Shown one piece after another: positions 38,008 through 52,467 of a stretch of 64,000 nucleotides of DNA. The position numbers were made by a program, and so were the translations under genes. Source of the stretch: Schmidtea polychroa. Taxonomy: Eukaryota. The stretch lies in NCBI GenBank assembly GCA_044892525.1, contig CM097885.1:12588001-12652000 (forward strand). The letters are read 5' to 3'. The notes below the pieces were generated by a model. That model saw nothing but the letters and a program-made list of their open reading frames with translations, did not search any database and was not told the origin of the DNA. Position 1 is the first letter of the stretch. Every line of letters starts with the position of its first letter.

Positions 38008-38120
38008 TTCTACTGAATATTTATAAAAATCAAGTATATATATATATTATATTATAGAGTAATTAAATCAATTTATTCTTTACGATATAAACAAAATTAA
38101 TTTTTAAATAAATATTAAAA

Positions 38121-38747
38121 ATGGAACTAAGAAATGATGCTGTATATCAAATAGTCGGACCAAGTGGTAGCGGCAAAACTTTGTTTGTTTGCAAATTACT
38201 AAAATCACATTTATTTGAATCAAAATTTAACAAAATTTATTGGCATCGAGGTGCTGATCAAGAACACGGATTGACTCAATCAAGTTTCTGTAAATTGAAA
38301 AATATGAAAATAGTAGAGGGATTTGATAAAAATTGGTCCAGTAGACTAAAGAAGGGGGATGTCATAATTATTGATGACTTGTATCAAGAAGCTAATAAAG
38401 AAAAGAATTTCAATAATTTATTTACTAAAATCAGTAGACACGTTGGTGTAACTGTTATTTTTATAACTCAAAATCTATTTCATCAAGGTGGTGCACATCG
38501 AACACGTAATTTAAATGTACAATATTTAGTTATTTTCAAGAATCCTAGAGATGCAACAGTGATTGATTTTCTTGCACGTCAAGCATACCCTAACAATCGT
38601 AATTTTCTTATCAGTGCATTTCAAGATGCTACAAAAATACCTCATGGATATATATTTCTTGATTTCACACAACAATGTCCCGATGATTTACGAGTAAAAA
38701 CAGATATTTTCAACCCAAAAGGTGCCATGGTTTATAAACAAAGTTGA
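38121..38747 (+). CDS. Polinton A32/FtsK-like DNA packaging ATPase
   Basis: GPSGSGKT, VIIIDD, FTKISRH, FITQNLF, R..NVQYLVIFKNPRD, PHGYIFLD. Confidence 0.93.
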   Translation: MELRNDAVYQIVGPSGSGKTLFVCKLLKSHLFESKFNKIYWHRGADQEHGLTQSSFCKLKNMKIVEGFDKNWSSRLKKGDVIIIDDLYQEANKEKNFNNLFTKISRHVGVTVIFITQNLFHQGGAHRTRNLNVQYLVIFKNPRDATVIDFLARQAYPNNRNFLISAFQDATKIPHGYIFLDFTQQCPDDLRVKTDIFNPKGAMVYKQS

Positions 38748-38765
38748 AAACCTCTATGAATAATA

Positions 38766-39299
38766 ATGTTTCTAAAAGCAAGGGTGAAAAATATTAGGAA
38801 ATTAAGCAAAAGTATTAAAAAGAGTATTAAAGTTCCAAAGGTTCCACCAACAACTAGTTATACACCATCTAAAAAACTTGTAACTGAAAATTTCTCTGCA
38901 ATGAATCTTATTTCGAAAAATCCTAAACCTAAACGTGAAACCCGTAAAACCCGTAAAGCCGGTAAAAAAGTAATTAAAAATCATCGCAGTTTTCCATTTT
39001 TTAATGCATTGTTAAAGGCCCCGAGTATGAAAAGAATGAATATATTGCAATCATTCCCAAATTTTGTTGTCGATGATTTACTCAATATTATACTTAAAGT
39101 AGTCAAAGGCAAAATTAAAATCAGTAAATCAAAAAAGCATTTATTGAGCAAACATAGGAAACCATTGTTATCATTAGTAAATAATAAAAATCGTAAGCAA
39201 ATGAGGAAAATTATATATAAACAACAAGGTGGATTTATTGGTGCATTGATACCTCTGGCATTATCATTATTAGGTGGAGTTGTAGGAAATCAATCATAA
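38766..39299 (+). CDS. Polinton basic core-type protein with GGF-amphipathic C-terminus
   Basis: Lys/Arg-rich, ending QQGGFIGALIPLALSLLGG; lies between ATPase and integrase. Confidence 0.7.
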   Translation: MFLKARVKNIRKLSKSIKKSIKVPKVPPTTSYTPSKKLVTENFSAMNLISKNPKPKRETRKTRKAGKKVIKNHRSFPFFNALLKAPSMKRMNILQSFPNFVVDDLLNIILKVVKGKIKISKSKKHLLSKHRKPLLSLVNNKNRKQMRKIIYKQQGGFIGALIPLALSLLGGVVGNQS

Positions 39300-39360
39300 A
39301 CAATGGGTGCTAATCCTTCATTACCTAATTTAAATTTTAATTTTAAATCTTCTTGCTGTA

Positions 39361-40475
<1,115 letters not shown>

Positions 40476-40479
<4 letters not shown>

Positions 40480-40853
40480 ATTTTTATACTATTTTACCGA
40501 GCAATAGTTGCCCATTAATTCATCCAGACAATCAAGCCAGTAAATTTATGGTCAATCTCCAGAATCCGATTTCTCTAAATGGTGACTGGGAAGTTGCACT
40601 GCAAGATTTTACATTCGTGTACAACACATTCCCATTTTATAGTCAATGTAAGATTGATTTCAAAAGGAATATTGTGAAAACATGTAGCGGTATCTTTATT
40701 ATTAGTAATTATGATAAAACATATCATATTCCGAACCAAATATTAGATTCGCATTGCTATATATTTTACAAGGATGGATTAAATATCAGTTGTGATTTTA
40801 AACCATTTACAATAACATTCGAAACTATTGAAGATGCCAAACGAATGGGTTGA
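40476..40853 (+). pseudogene. Polinton minor capsid (penton)-like gene, 5' part, cut at the junction
   Basis: FYTILPSNS..DNQASKFMVNLQNPISLNGDWEVAL; start overlaps the integrase stop. Confidence 0.75.
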
Positions 40854-41268
40854 TAATAACTAAATATTGTACATTTAAATTACGTGTTCGATGTGCACCA
40901 CCTTGATGAAATAGATTTTGTGTTATGAAAATAACTGTTACACCAACATGTCTGCTGATTTTTGTGAATAAATTATTAAAATATATTTCTTTATTGGCTT
41001 CTTGATACAAATCATCGATAATGATGACATCATCTTTCTTCAAACGACTTGACCAGTTTTTATCAAAACCCTTTATTATTTTCATGTTTTTCAACTGACA
41101 GAAACTTGATTGTGTCAATCCGTGTTCTTCGTCGGCGCCCCTATGCCAATAAATATTGTTGAATTTTGTTTTAAACAAATTTGATTTTAGTAATTTACAA
41201 ACAAATAAAGTTTTCCCGCTACCACTTGAACCAACGATTTGGTATACTGCATCATTACGTAATTCCAT
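40853..41268 (-). pseudogene. Packaging ATPase of Polinton 2, 3'-truncated
   Basis: MELRNDAVYQIVGSSGSGKT...NVQYLVI, highly similar to 38121..38747, then breaks. Confidence 0.92.
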
Positions 41269-41332
41269 TTTTTTTTTAAATTTAAACTATATAATTATTG
41301 TTTATATTGATAATTTTAATGAACTCTTTTTT

Positions 41333-41386
<54 letters not shown>

Positions 41387-41407
41387 TTTTATAATTATTT
41401 CATTAAA

Positions 41408-41872
41408 ATGCTTTCAAATATAAATTACAGGGCAAAAACTGATGTATCAAAAATGGTATTTCCAATAGGGAAACCACAACAAATTATCAATAGAAGTAAT
41501 AAATATCCAATAATATATTTCAAAACTGGTAAATGTAGAATTATGGGGTGTAAGGAAATAATCAAAGCTAGTGAATATAATGTTTATGATTTAGAAATAC
41601 AATCGATAACCGTAACTTCCGATATAGGTTTTTCTTGTAATTTAAATAAATTAGCTAAATTAATACCATTCTTTTACGAACCAGAATTATTTCCAGCTTT
41701 GAGTTATATAAAATATAACCCTATGTGTGTAAATATATTCGCTAGCGGTAAGATAGTAATTCTTGGAATAAAAAATATTGATTACAAATGTATAGTTGAT
41801 AATATCATATCTGAAATTAAATCAATAATTGAAGGAAAAGAATTTTTAGATTTTTTATTATCACTTAATTAA
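41408..41872 (+). CDS. TATA-binding-protein-like protein of Polinton 2 (154 aa, open frame)
   Basis: MLSNINYR..IIYFKTGKCRIMGCK...CNLNKLA..YEPELFPALSY..VNIFASGKIVILGIK. Confidence 0.9.
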   Translation: MLSNINYRAKTDVSKMVFPIGKPQQIINRSNKYPIIYFKTGKCRIMGCKEIIKASEYNVYDLEIQSITVTSDIGFSCNLNKLAKLIPFFYEPELFPALSYIKYNPMCVNIFASGKIVILGIKNIDYKCIVDNIISEIKSIIEGKEFLDFLLSLN

Positions 41873-42060
41873 TTATTTATCATTGCAATTGAAATGCATG
41901 ATTCTGATTGATTAAAATCTAATTGGCTGATGATTATTTATAACAAATTGTTTTGAGTTTTGTTATCATTTTTAAACATGTACAATATTCAAAGTTCAGC
42001 TATAGCAGCCATGAAAGAACATGAACATTATGATAAATTTTAATTGTATTTATCATATTA

Positions 42061-42381
42061 TTGTTATTTACAGATGAATATCATGCAATAATACTGGAAA
42101 GATTGTATTTTTATTATCCGCAAATGTATGATATTCTCAAAGATCGAGATGTTGCAATAATCCCAGATTTAATTTACAATGAAACCAGAATCTGGATTTT
42201 CGATATTATCAATACATTTCTCTGGGATGTGAAGATTGGAAGAACAATGAAGGAAGTAGAAGCGGAATACCCTTGCATTTTGGGATGTAGCTGTTGCAAT
42301 TTCCGCTACCAGAGATATGTCGAATGGTCTATGGTAAAGACACTTCGTAATTATCATTTTTGTCAAATTTTATCCAAATAA
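42061..42381 (+). CDS. Polinton 2 protein C (start uncertain)
   Basis: Homologue of 37134..37532. Confidence 0.55.
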   Translation: MLFTDEYHAIILERLYFYYPQMYDILKDRDVAIIPDLIYNETRIWIFDIINTFLWDVKIGRTMKEVEAEYPCILGCSCCNFRYQRYVEWSMVKTLRNYHFCQILSK

Positions 42382-42583
42382 ATTTTTATGTTTAACTATT
42401 TTTTCTTTTGTTTTGTCTTTTTAGTAATAGAAATAATAATAATAATAATTTTAATAATATAAAACATATGTCAATGCAATATCAATGCAATTAAAACAAA
42501 GACATGCTGCAATCTGATTGGATGATAAACTATAGTCATAGGTATAAAAACCCTGTACCATTTCATTTTAATCATAATTCGCA

Positions 42584-43003
42584 ATGACCAAGAAAATTTC
42601 AAGCACTGAAAAACCAAAAGTTGTTCCAGAACTTGTACAACCTGTTCAAATGTCCCACAACTACAAAATGTATATTTTAAAAGAAGAAATCAATATGAAA
42701 TTGGTGTCACCGATCAAGCTAATTCCTACCCAATTTCAATTCTTAACCGGCACGCTTTCAATGTTAGATATTAAAACCATAGATGATGTTTTCAAACGGT
42801 TGAATACGAATCTATCATGCAATCAAAATGTATTTTTCAACAACCGATATGCAAAATTTTATGATTCCTTTGATGAAATCAGTTTCAAAGAAAACGAAAA
42901 TTGGTATATAACAATTGCAATCCAAGGATATAAAGTTGATAATAATGATGTGTATTCTCCAATTTGGAAAATTATGTCTGCTAGACTTTCACAGATATTT
43001 TAA
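42584..43003 (+). CDS. Polinton 2 protein B (intronless)
   Basis: ITIAIQGYKV..PIWKI; GGTATAAAA ~40 bp upstream of the ATG. Confidence 0.7.
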   Translation: MTKKISSTEKPKVVPELVQPVQMSHNYKMYILKEEINMKLVSPIKLIPTQFQFLTGTLSMLDIKTIDDVFKRLNTNLSCNQNVFFNNRYAKFYDSFDEISFKENENWYITIAIQGYKVDNNDVYSPIWKIMSARLSQIF

Positions 43004-43106
43004 TAAATGTTGTTTTATTTAATAAATGTATTTAGTTATATTTGTTTTCGCTTATATTATATATTTTCTATAAACAAATATATACTATAGTTTTAAAATA
43101 CTAATA

Positions 43107-43465
43107 ATGACTACAGAAAAAGGTTAATATGATTAGTTAATTATCGAATTATTTAATATTTAGAATTTGTAATAAAATTTTTATTGGAAAAATTAGCAGA
43201 AATATCTGGTGTGAAAATGGAGGATATATTATCTGTTACAAATGCATTAAATATAGACTGGGTAGCAGAGAGTGAAGATTCGGGATTCGATGAATTAGAT
43301 GAAGAAAACACTCAAGATGATGAGGAAAGCATTCAAGAAATTGATGAACCTATGGAGGAATTTACGGATACTGAACCGTGTGTATATAGGGATTGTATTG
43401 ATCATTTTGTTGAAAATGTTATGAACTGTGGAGATGATAAATGTGAATGTGTTAATAAATTTTAG
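43107..43465 (+). CDS. Polinton 2 acidic protein A, 2 exons (43107-43122, 43164-43465)
   Basis: ATGACTACAGAAAAAG|GT..AG; same phase-1 intron as copy 1. Confidence 0.7.
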
Positions 43466-43837
43466 TTTGAATGTATATTTAAAGTATAATATTTAGAAAT
43501 ATGTTAAATGATTTTATTGCCTTGAATATTTTTAGTAGTACCTTTGTGAACAGTACCCTGTGACTTGTTGAGCGTGACCAGTACCAATGTGTGCAGAATA
43601 TCATGTCGGATAAACTCGGAGTATATAATAATAATAATAATAACATCTTTCGCGCGGGCGTTAATATCTTTAAAATTAATAATGATTATAAATATCTCTA
43701 TATCTCATTAAAAAGGTTTTGCACTGGGCTTTAAGATGAGCTATAGATCAATAAAATCTGTTGGTGGGAACATTAATTTTTGGGATGAAAAAAAGTGTGA
43801 GCCCTCTGGACCAATTAATAATATTTTGAAAAAAATA

Positions 43838-44025
43838 TGAGTCATCGTATGAGTCATCGTTCTAAAAATATGATGAGTCTTAGGATGAGTCATCGTTCTA
43901 AAAACATGATGAGTCATGGGATGAGTCATCGTCCTAAAATAATGAGGCATAGTTTTAAAAATATGATGAGTCGTCGGATGAGTCATTGTTCTGGAAACAT
44001 GATGAGTCATCGGATGAGTCATTGT
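43838..44025. repeat. Minisatellite of ATGAGTCAT units (12-bp subunit, ~36-bp higher order)
   Basis: 11 units, 8 with a perfect TGAGTCA. Confidence 0.9.
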
Positions 44026-45718
44026 CTTTGTTCAAAAATAGTTCCTGTGAAATTATATCGTTTTAGGTTTATTAGGTTGTAATGATCTAATTGCACAGTA
44101 ATTTAGATTTATGTTTTACTTTAGAACCAGTTTTTATTAATATTCTATTAATTATCCACGGTTTTATTAAGTCGTTAAGTCAATTAGGTGTTTATTTACT
44201 TGGTTTTGACAATGAAATATCTGAAATCTTTAGAATTAATTGGGAATGATATCAAAGGTTATTGCTTTAAATTATTTATCTTTATTTAACATGTTATAGA
44301 CGGATATTCATTGTGCGATATCGGTGACAAAACTTGAGAAATATTGACTTAAAAGAGTTGGACATCGACAGCAACTAAAGAAAATTGAACTTTATTGAAG
44401 GAAATTTATGATTTTAATTAGAAATTAAATCAGTTGAATATCAGCTAAGGGTAAAATCTATTGAAGGAATATTGTTATCGGGTGGATAAATCTTTCAGTG
44501 ATATTTGCTAAATTACCTTTGCTAAATATTATTTTAAGTGACTAAAAATGACAAAATTAACCAATATTCATAAATTTATCGCACAAAATATCCATGTTTT
44601 AGTTACTCAAACATCTTAAATTTCTCGCAAAGATATATTACGTCTAATGATCATCTAATTAAATTAGAAAAGAATTTTTACTTTTTGATATATATTTCTA
44701 ACAAATAAGCACCTTATTTGGTTAAATGATAACCAAATGATCATATTTCCATTATGACTCTGACTCCTTTAAATATTTTTGCCTCGAACAAAGACAGAAA
44801 TTTACTACAAATGATAAAGAATTTCTATTAAAATTATCAATGAATTGCTGAATGTTGTTATTAATGACCATGTATTTCTCACTAAATTACCTATGACTTT
44901 CTAACTGATATACCTGTACCTTAATTAATATACACTTGCGACATGTTGAATGTGAGCAGTACCTTTGTGAGCATTACCCTTAGGGGGACAAAATATCTTG
45001 TCGGATAAACTCGGAGTATATATAAGTACTTGCAATATGCTACCCAAATTGTCATTATTGATACATCAAAATACTCTTATTTATAAATTAACTCAAAAAT
45101 ACTATATTACCTAAGAATTCATTTACTAAACGATACCTTAAATGATCTTGTGTTTTAATATATACCTATGAATTGATTTCTAAAATAATCATGGTTTTCT
45201 ATCAAACATGTATAAATTGAATATAAATTTGCTGAATGTGAAATAAACATGTTGCTAAAGAATTTATTAATTAATATCTCCAAACGATATTTCGCAGAGA
45301 GGTATATAAAATCTCTATGAATTTGTTAAATGTTTTCCTCGATATAAATTGTTAATTAGTTCCTAAAATAGTCACAAAGAATTGTCCTAAGAATTTTATT
45401 CAAAACCACCCCCAATTAATCATATATTAATAATTTTAAATATTATACTAAATATGTTTCTAGTTAAATGATTGAAATATTTGGTATTACTATCAACTAT
45501 ATAAAAATTGTTATGAATCCAAGAATATTTTAATTAACTGGTACAACCAAAAACATGGATTTCTGACTAAATTGTTAAATTTTTCTGGAAATATTTTACT
45601 TAAAAAATTCCTATATTTAAAATAACCATGTTTTTCATTAAATGGTCTAAATATTTGCTATTTGGTATCTAAATAATCATGTTTTTCTTAAATTGTATGG
45701 TATTGTTAAATATTTTAA

Positions 45719-45778
<60 letters not shown>

Positions 45779-46264
45779 TGATGAAAATGTTCCTTAAAAT
45801 AATCATAACAATATTGAAAATTTTGAAAATGTTGAAAATTATGAAAATATTCATGCAAATGATGAAAATTGTAAAATTGATGTAGAAATTAAGTTCTGTG
45901 ATTATTTAAGTAAATAATGAAACTTCGAAAATAAAATATTAATAAGAACTTTGAAAATAACTTTGAAAATAATACTTTGAAAATAATATTACATTGAAAA
46001 TAAAATTGAAAATAACTTTGGAAATAAATTTGAGAATAATAATAGTTTGAAAATGCTAATACTTTGAGTTAGACTATTTATTGAAAATATATAGCATGTG
46101 TGTAAGCTACCTACATAAATTCTAAAAAATTTATAAGTATTTTGAGTTAACCTACTTATTTGAGTTGACCTACATATTTAAAAAAATTTTTCTAAGTATT
46201 TAAGTTTTTATAGTTTTTAAATTATATTAATTTGTTCCTTCAAAATATTTACTTGTTTTACAGG

Positions 46265-46466
<202 letters not shown>

Positions 46467-46596
46467 TGACTTTGTTAAATTATTTTATTGTTTAGATAAA
46501 TGTATGTTTTATTGATTTGCGACTTGTTGAGTGTGAGGAGTACCTATGTGAGCAATACCCATAGGGGGACAGAATATTTTGTCGGATAGACTCGGA

Positions 46597-46640
<44 letters not shown>

Positions 46641-46787
46641 TGACTTTGTATTTACATAACCCTTGTTAAATTATTTTATTGTTTAGATAAATGTATGTTT
46701 TATTGATTTGCGACTTGTTGAGTGTGAGGAGTACCTATGTGAGCAATACCCATAGGGGGACAGAATATTTTGTCGGATAGACTCGGA

Positions 46788-46822
<35 letters not shown>

Positions 46823-47351
46823 TCTTTATAAATAATAATGAGTCATATAGTTATTTCGAAAGGTTTTGTAGTGGGCCCTTAAAATGTGCCATCGATCAGT
46901 AAATTCCATTGGTGGGAACTCTGGCAGAATTGTCTTTGTCCCAGTGGGCTCATGTTTTTAAAAAAAAATAATATGACCTTGAAAAAATAATATGACCTTG
47001 AAAAAATAATATGACCTTGAAAAAATAGAATTTTGAAAAAATAATAATATCTTTGCAAATAATGATGATAATAAAAATGTCTATACTTCATTTGAAAGGT
47101 CTTGTAGTGGGCTTCAAAATGAGCCATCGCTCAATAAATTTCATCTGTGGGAACTCTGGCAGAATTGTCTTTGTCCCAGTGGGCTCATGTTTTTAAAGAA
47201 AAAAATTTGACCTTGAAAAAAAATAATAAATGACCTTGAAAAAATAAATGACCTTGAAAATAAATAACCTTGAGAATGACCTTGAGAAAAAAATAATATT
47301 TTGAAAAATAATATCTTTACCAATAATGATGGTAATAAGGATGCCTATACT

Positions 47352-48405
47352 TCATTCGAAAGGTAGCATCGTCTCATCATTAGCTTCAATTGCTGCAATT
47401 GTTCTTCCTAAATTGTTGATCTTTTGTTGATTGCTTGTGGTTCGATGGGCATAATAATTATTGTTTCTCATGTTTGAAATAATTTGAAATTTCCTTCTTT
47501 CCAAATTTGTATAGCAGTCAATCTCCTTGTGTCCACGTAAGTGACATCTCTGGCATTGAATCGTTGAACATTCTCGCCGTACGTGGCCTTCAACTCCACA
47601 TGCAAAACACGTCATTTTCTTTTTCATTTGGCATTCTTGACTAACATGACCAGTTTTCTTGTATGTCCAGCATTCCAATTGTCGGTTACTGACGTTTCAC
47701 TGCTTGAAATTATTATTTCCGTTTACCATTCTTTTTTAGAGCAACATCTCTGTAACTTCTGTAGTTTTGAACAACCGGTAAAGTCTTCACAACATTAATA
47801 AGGCCCATAATTTTGTTTACCTTTTCTAATTTCTTTATTGTCGCTTTTATTTCTTCTGATGTTTTCAAATCTTTCATCTCGATCTCTTTTTTAACTTCTC
47901 GATCTCTTACACAGTTTGTAAGCAGGCATTTTTCTATTTCTTCTTCATCCCATTTGTGCGCTATTAATTTCTTTGTCATCATTTTAATTTTCTCTATAAA
48001 AGTTTCAGCTGAATCTGATGCTTGTTCATAACTCAAAGCTTCTTTTAGATCATCCATTAATGATGTCGGTTTCGAAAATGAACATCGAAGTTTTTCTTCC
48101 ATAGTTTTTCCTTTGGCTGCTTCATAATCTTCCATTAGCGATCTGTCAAGTAATGTTGTAATTAATATTACTTGCATCCTAATTGTTGTTTTTGTCGCGC
48201 CAAAAAACCTTTGACAATCCTTGATAAAATTTTCTAGATCATCGCCTTTGTGAAATTTCTCAGGTAATAGTCTGCTTATCAATAAATCCGTGGTCGTGGT
48301 CGCCATGTTAGACCCAATTAAATTCAAATCTTCTTCAAGCATTTATTTTTATAACAAGTTCAAAATTCTGCCGTTTACTAGCGTTTTTAAGCACCGAGTC
48401 GTGAT
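47352..48405 (-). mobile_element. LTR retrotransposon 5' fragment: possible short LTR, PBS-like site, gag with three zinc knuckles
   Basis: ..TCTAACA|TGGCGACCAC; PEKFHKGDDLENF; CFACGVEGHVRREC and CQRCHLRGHKEIDC plus one degenerate knuckle; frameshifted. Confidence 0.8.
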
Positions 48406-48759
48406 AATTATTAATATTAATGTAATTAATGGTCATACATTTAATTGATTTAATTTATTATAATTTAATATAATATGATATAATTTAATATATAATTTAA
48501 ATATAAAAATTTAACAGAAATAATTATTATGGTTTACTAACTCCTTACAAAAAAACAAATTAAATTTTAGATCATAAATACATATAAATTAAATTCAAAT
48601 TAGAAATATAAGTCTTATTTAGCAACTAATATTTATTATCCCTACTTTATAATAAGCGTGCTTTACTCACTTAGGTCTACCAAATCTGATATTGGTTTTC
48701 TTATGATAAAATCTGTTATAAGCTGCTGGGTTTTTGCTTTTTAACTTCCTTATAAAGTC

Positions 48760-49677
48760 TGGTCTGGCGTATAGCCACCGAGTTCAATTATTTTTATGAA
48801 AATTTCTGGAAAACTCTTTGCAAAATTTTCCTATGCTGATGCTACTTCTCCTTTTATTTTTACATTATGAAATGCTTGCCTTTTTAGGAATCCTGTCAGC
48901 CATCCTTCACTTGTATTAAATGTCATTGTCTTCATTGCATCGACACTTGGTTGTGGCTCCAATTCCCGAAGTCGTTCGTATATTCTAAGGGCCTTTTCCT
49001 TTATAATTTTTCCATCTATAGGTATTTTTTTCTGCAGCAAATCCTCTATCCAAACCACTAAACTTTTTTCCATTTTCTCCGAGATAGTATTTCGGTTATA
49101 TGACGATGCTTTGGAACTGATGTTCGATCCAGAAATTACTGATCGTAGAATGGAATCCTCACTTTTTTTATTTTTCTGATAGTCGCTTCCCTTAAAATGT
49201 GGGACCTACGCCTCTCTCAATACTGTCTAAAATTTTTATTTTAGTTTCCAAAGAAATCGCTTGTTGCTTCCGATTATTTTTCGTTGGTTTAGGCATCTTA
49301 TAATTCGGCTATAATAAAAATTAAAATAAAAACACTTAATAAAAAAATTTTAAATCTAAAAAAAATAAAATTACCAGTTCATTAAAACTTCCTTATGTAA
49401 GTAAAATTTTCTAAAAAAATATTTGTCAAAATAACAATAAAAACAAAATTAAAACATAAAATTTTTGCACGGACTGAACACGACAATAAAATTTAAATAA
49501 AAAATAGAAAATGCGAATTCAGTTCTTAATTACATATGTATATATAATAAAATTTGGGTATTCCCCGATTTATATTTGAATTTTGACATGAAAAATTTAA
49601 AAAGAAATATTTTTTTGGAAATAATGTAAACCGAATATTTCGTGTAAAAAAGCCCGTGAAAAAAAAGTTGGGTGTAT
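48760..49677 (-). mobile_element. Tigger-like transposon 5' part
   Basis: ISLETKIKIL; MEKSLVVWIED...IKEKAL...SEGWLTGFLKR..GEVASA; TA-flanked end near 49677. Confidence 0.85.
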
Positions 49678-49844
49678 AATAAATAATTCAGGGATTTGTA
49701 TTGTTTGAATATTCATAATTTATTAAATTTGTGAAATCTTTTAAATACCTAAGAATAAAGATGAAGAAATAAAATTTTATTTAATAAACAACAATTTTTG
49801 TATATGAAATAATTTATATAATATTCTAATAATCATAGCAAAAT

Positions 49845-50272
49845 TAGATCTTTATAAATGAGAGATTAAACATGTTGATAAAGATGCATTTCAATTATTT
49901 GATGTTATAGAAGCAGGATCGGATGAAGATTTTGTTGTTGGATATGATGATTTTTCTGATAGTAAAATACTTATTATTGGTTCTTCCAATTAATATTATT
50001 GGAGCTATTTGTGGACCAAGGAATTGATGCAAGTGAAGAGTATGTGATGATATGCATAATGTGTTTATTGAATTCTAATTTCTCTGACAACGAACTAGTG
50101 GAATGTGATGGATGTGGAATTGTTGTCCATGAAAGTATATAAATGTTAATATCGAGTGAATTGATACACTTAGCATATCGATTGCTATAAGATATTCATT
50201 TCCGATGATGCTAGTGATTCCACCACTGATCCTTGGTTTTGTGATGCATGCTTATTAAATGTTTCTGATTTG
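49845..50272 (+). pseudogene. PHF14: PHF14-like PHD-finger gene fragment
   Basis: GSDEDFVVG; CIMCL..NELVECDGCGIVVHE; CY..SDDASDSTTDPWFCDAC; stop codons; interrupted by the hAT element. Confidence 0.7.
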
Positions 50273-50294
50273 GTGAGAATTATTATTATTTCTA

Positions 50295-52467
50295 TTGTTC
50301 GGCAATCCAAAAATAATGAAAATGTATAGCATGGTTGTAGCACAGTTGATGATTACTCTGACTCTGCCACCCATTTTGGGTTGATGTCGGTCTCATTGTA
50401 AATAAAGCTGTCCTCAAGAGATTTGAGTTTGTGGTGAATTATCCTGTTAATTCATAGAGATTAACTGCTGTGGCAAATGGTGAAAAATTATCATCAGGCA
50501 CTGGCTGAGCTGGCTTTAAGCTATCTGGAATTGATTGTTCTGATAGTTGTTTTAATGTAACATTTCCCGCAATTATTACATCATCAATATGGCTTCATTA
50601 TTGTCAGCTGCTGCGATATCAATTTCAGCATTATTTGCGCTGGCACTGAAATGCATTTTCATTAAAGCTTTTGCAGCTTTACCAATATCAGCTGTGCAGG
50701 AAAAACTGAATAAATCATCACCTTCACCCCGTGAAAAGTGGCGCTTTGAAGGAATTTAACCAATGAAATTGAAGATTTATCCCTTCTTTTTAATAATTGC
50801 ACTTTTAGTTCAATTAGTAATTTTTGGCTCAAATTGGCAGGTTTAGTTCTTGGAGTATTGAACCAGGATTTGAGTATTCCTTCGCTTGTCAGGAGGTTTG
50901 CGGTGCACGGCTGCTTAATGCTTCAATTGCAGCTCTGACGGGCAGCCGTAATTACTCATAAGGATCTTGCTAACACCGTAACCAAGCTGTTCCATCGCGT
51001 TCGGCAATCCATAAATAATGATAATTCTTTTTTTCATCCTCTTTTATATGTTTTTGTCATATCAAATATTTTACCGGTGAATTTTTAAATAACTTGCCAA
51101 TATTGCTCATTTGTTACCGTTGCGAATGTATTCATATCACTAGTAAGCAGCGCTAAGCAATTTGCTGCAATGAACTCGTTATCAACATCATCATCATCTA
51201 AACCTGCTGAAGCTGATAAATATATTCATTTTCACAATCCCATTCATCGGTTCCCGTATTTTCGCTGAGTTCTTGATGATCTTCGCGTTTTTTATAATAA
51301 ATAAGTGCCGCAACTGCCAAACGCCAAATGCCAAATGCCAAATAGCATGGCTGCAGCACAGCTGATGAGCGGCTGGTGACAATCGACCAAATAATAACAT
51401 TGCGCTGGCTCCGTCACTCGTAATCGCCACAATATCTTTATCGCAACTAAATTCAAAACATTTAAGCTTGCCTTCAACAAAAGTGATTAAAATCGCTGCG
51501 GGGCGGCTGCCATGCATTCTAACCAGCCCCAAATTATAAGAATCAGTAACACTGCAATACGCATGCAAATATTTGAACTGGCCCATTCAGCAATCGATAA
51601 ACTAACTTTTTGGGTTTCTAGCTGCCTTTTTTAATATTCTTAATTATATTTCCTTTGATTTCACCGCAGCAGCAGCCGAATATCAGTTTCATTACATCTC
51701 TAGGCTGCTTTGATAAAGTAAATCCGAATGTTTAAGCCATTCCGTATGAAATCACTGCTACATATTTGCCTGATATGGCCAGACCGCCTTTAGCGGATCA
51801 TTTAGAAACGATTTCATTAATAATTGGCCGTTGAACTTAAAAAAACTTTTCAACTGAAATTGATGTTTCTGCTTTTGCTATGTTTTACATTTGGATAAAT
51901 ATTGCTGCATTTTGTATGGGTCTCATTGAATGTGCATGCTCCAAATGCCGATGCAAACCAGCTGTGGATGACCCTTGGCATGAGATGGGTTTAGGACAAG
52001 CTTTACAATTAGCAGCTTCATGATTCATTTTTTGATATATTTCCAGCAATCAACATATTCAAATTCGTTTTTCCTTGACATTGGCGTGCCCATTTTTACA
52101 GCATTACAAACTGAAATAAAAAGTTCGAATGTAATTTAAAATGATTTAATTTAAATGCAAATAATACCTTTAATGATATATAAAAATGAGTTCATTTAAT
52201 TTTAACTGCAAATTATTGACAGTAGCTGCAGGGGTAAAAAAGCAAACACAAACAATGGTGACGCATGTCAAATGTATCAATTTTGACAATATAACCTTTT
52301 ATTATGACTGAGAAAGCTGTAAGCGTGCAGGATTAAATCCTAGGCTAGATTCTTACGGTTTAAAATGACAATATAAAAAAGAATAATTAAAATCGACTTT
52401 TCTCTATTGATTGGTGTTTAAATATTCGAATTTAGGCAATGATTTCTGTTCAAACCGTCGCACTGTG
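50295..52467 (-). mobile_element. hAT transposon relic (BED finger plus DDE core); left boundary approximate
   Basis: CWKY..AANCKAC..ISCQGSSTAGLHRHLEHAH (~52050-51930); DIVAITSDGAS..HQLCCSHAI. Confidence 0.85.

Noticed and set aside
43741..44082. Repetitive ORFs (MTHP.., MSHR..)
   Set aside because: By-products of the ATGAGTCAT minisatellite.
52451..52467. CACAGTG (RSS heptamer, Transib-like) terminus on the minus strand
   Set aside because: The adjacent transposase has a BED finger and hAT motifs, not Transib/RAG motifs; no partner end or nonamer was found.
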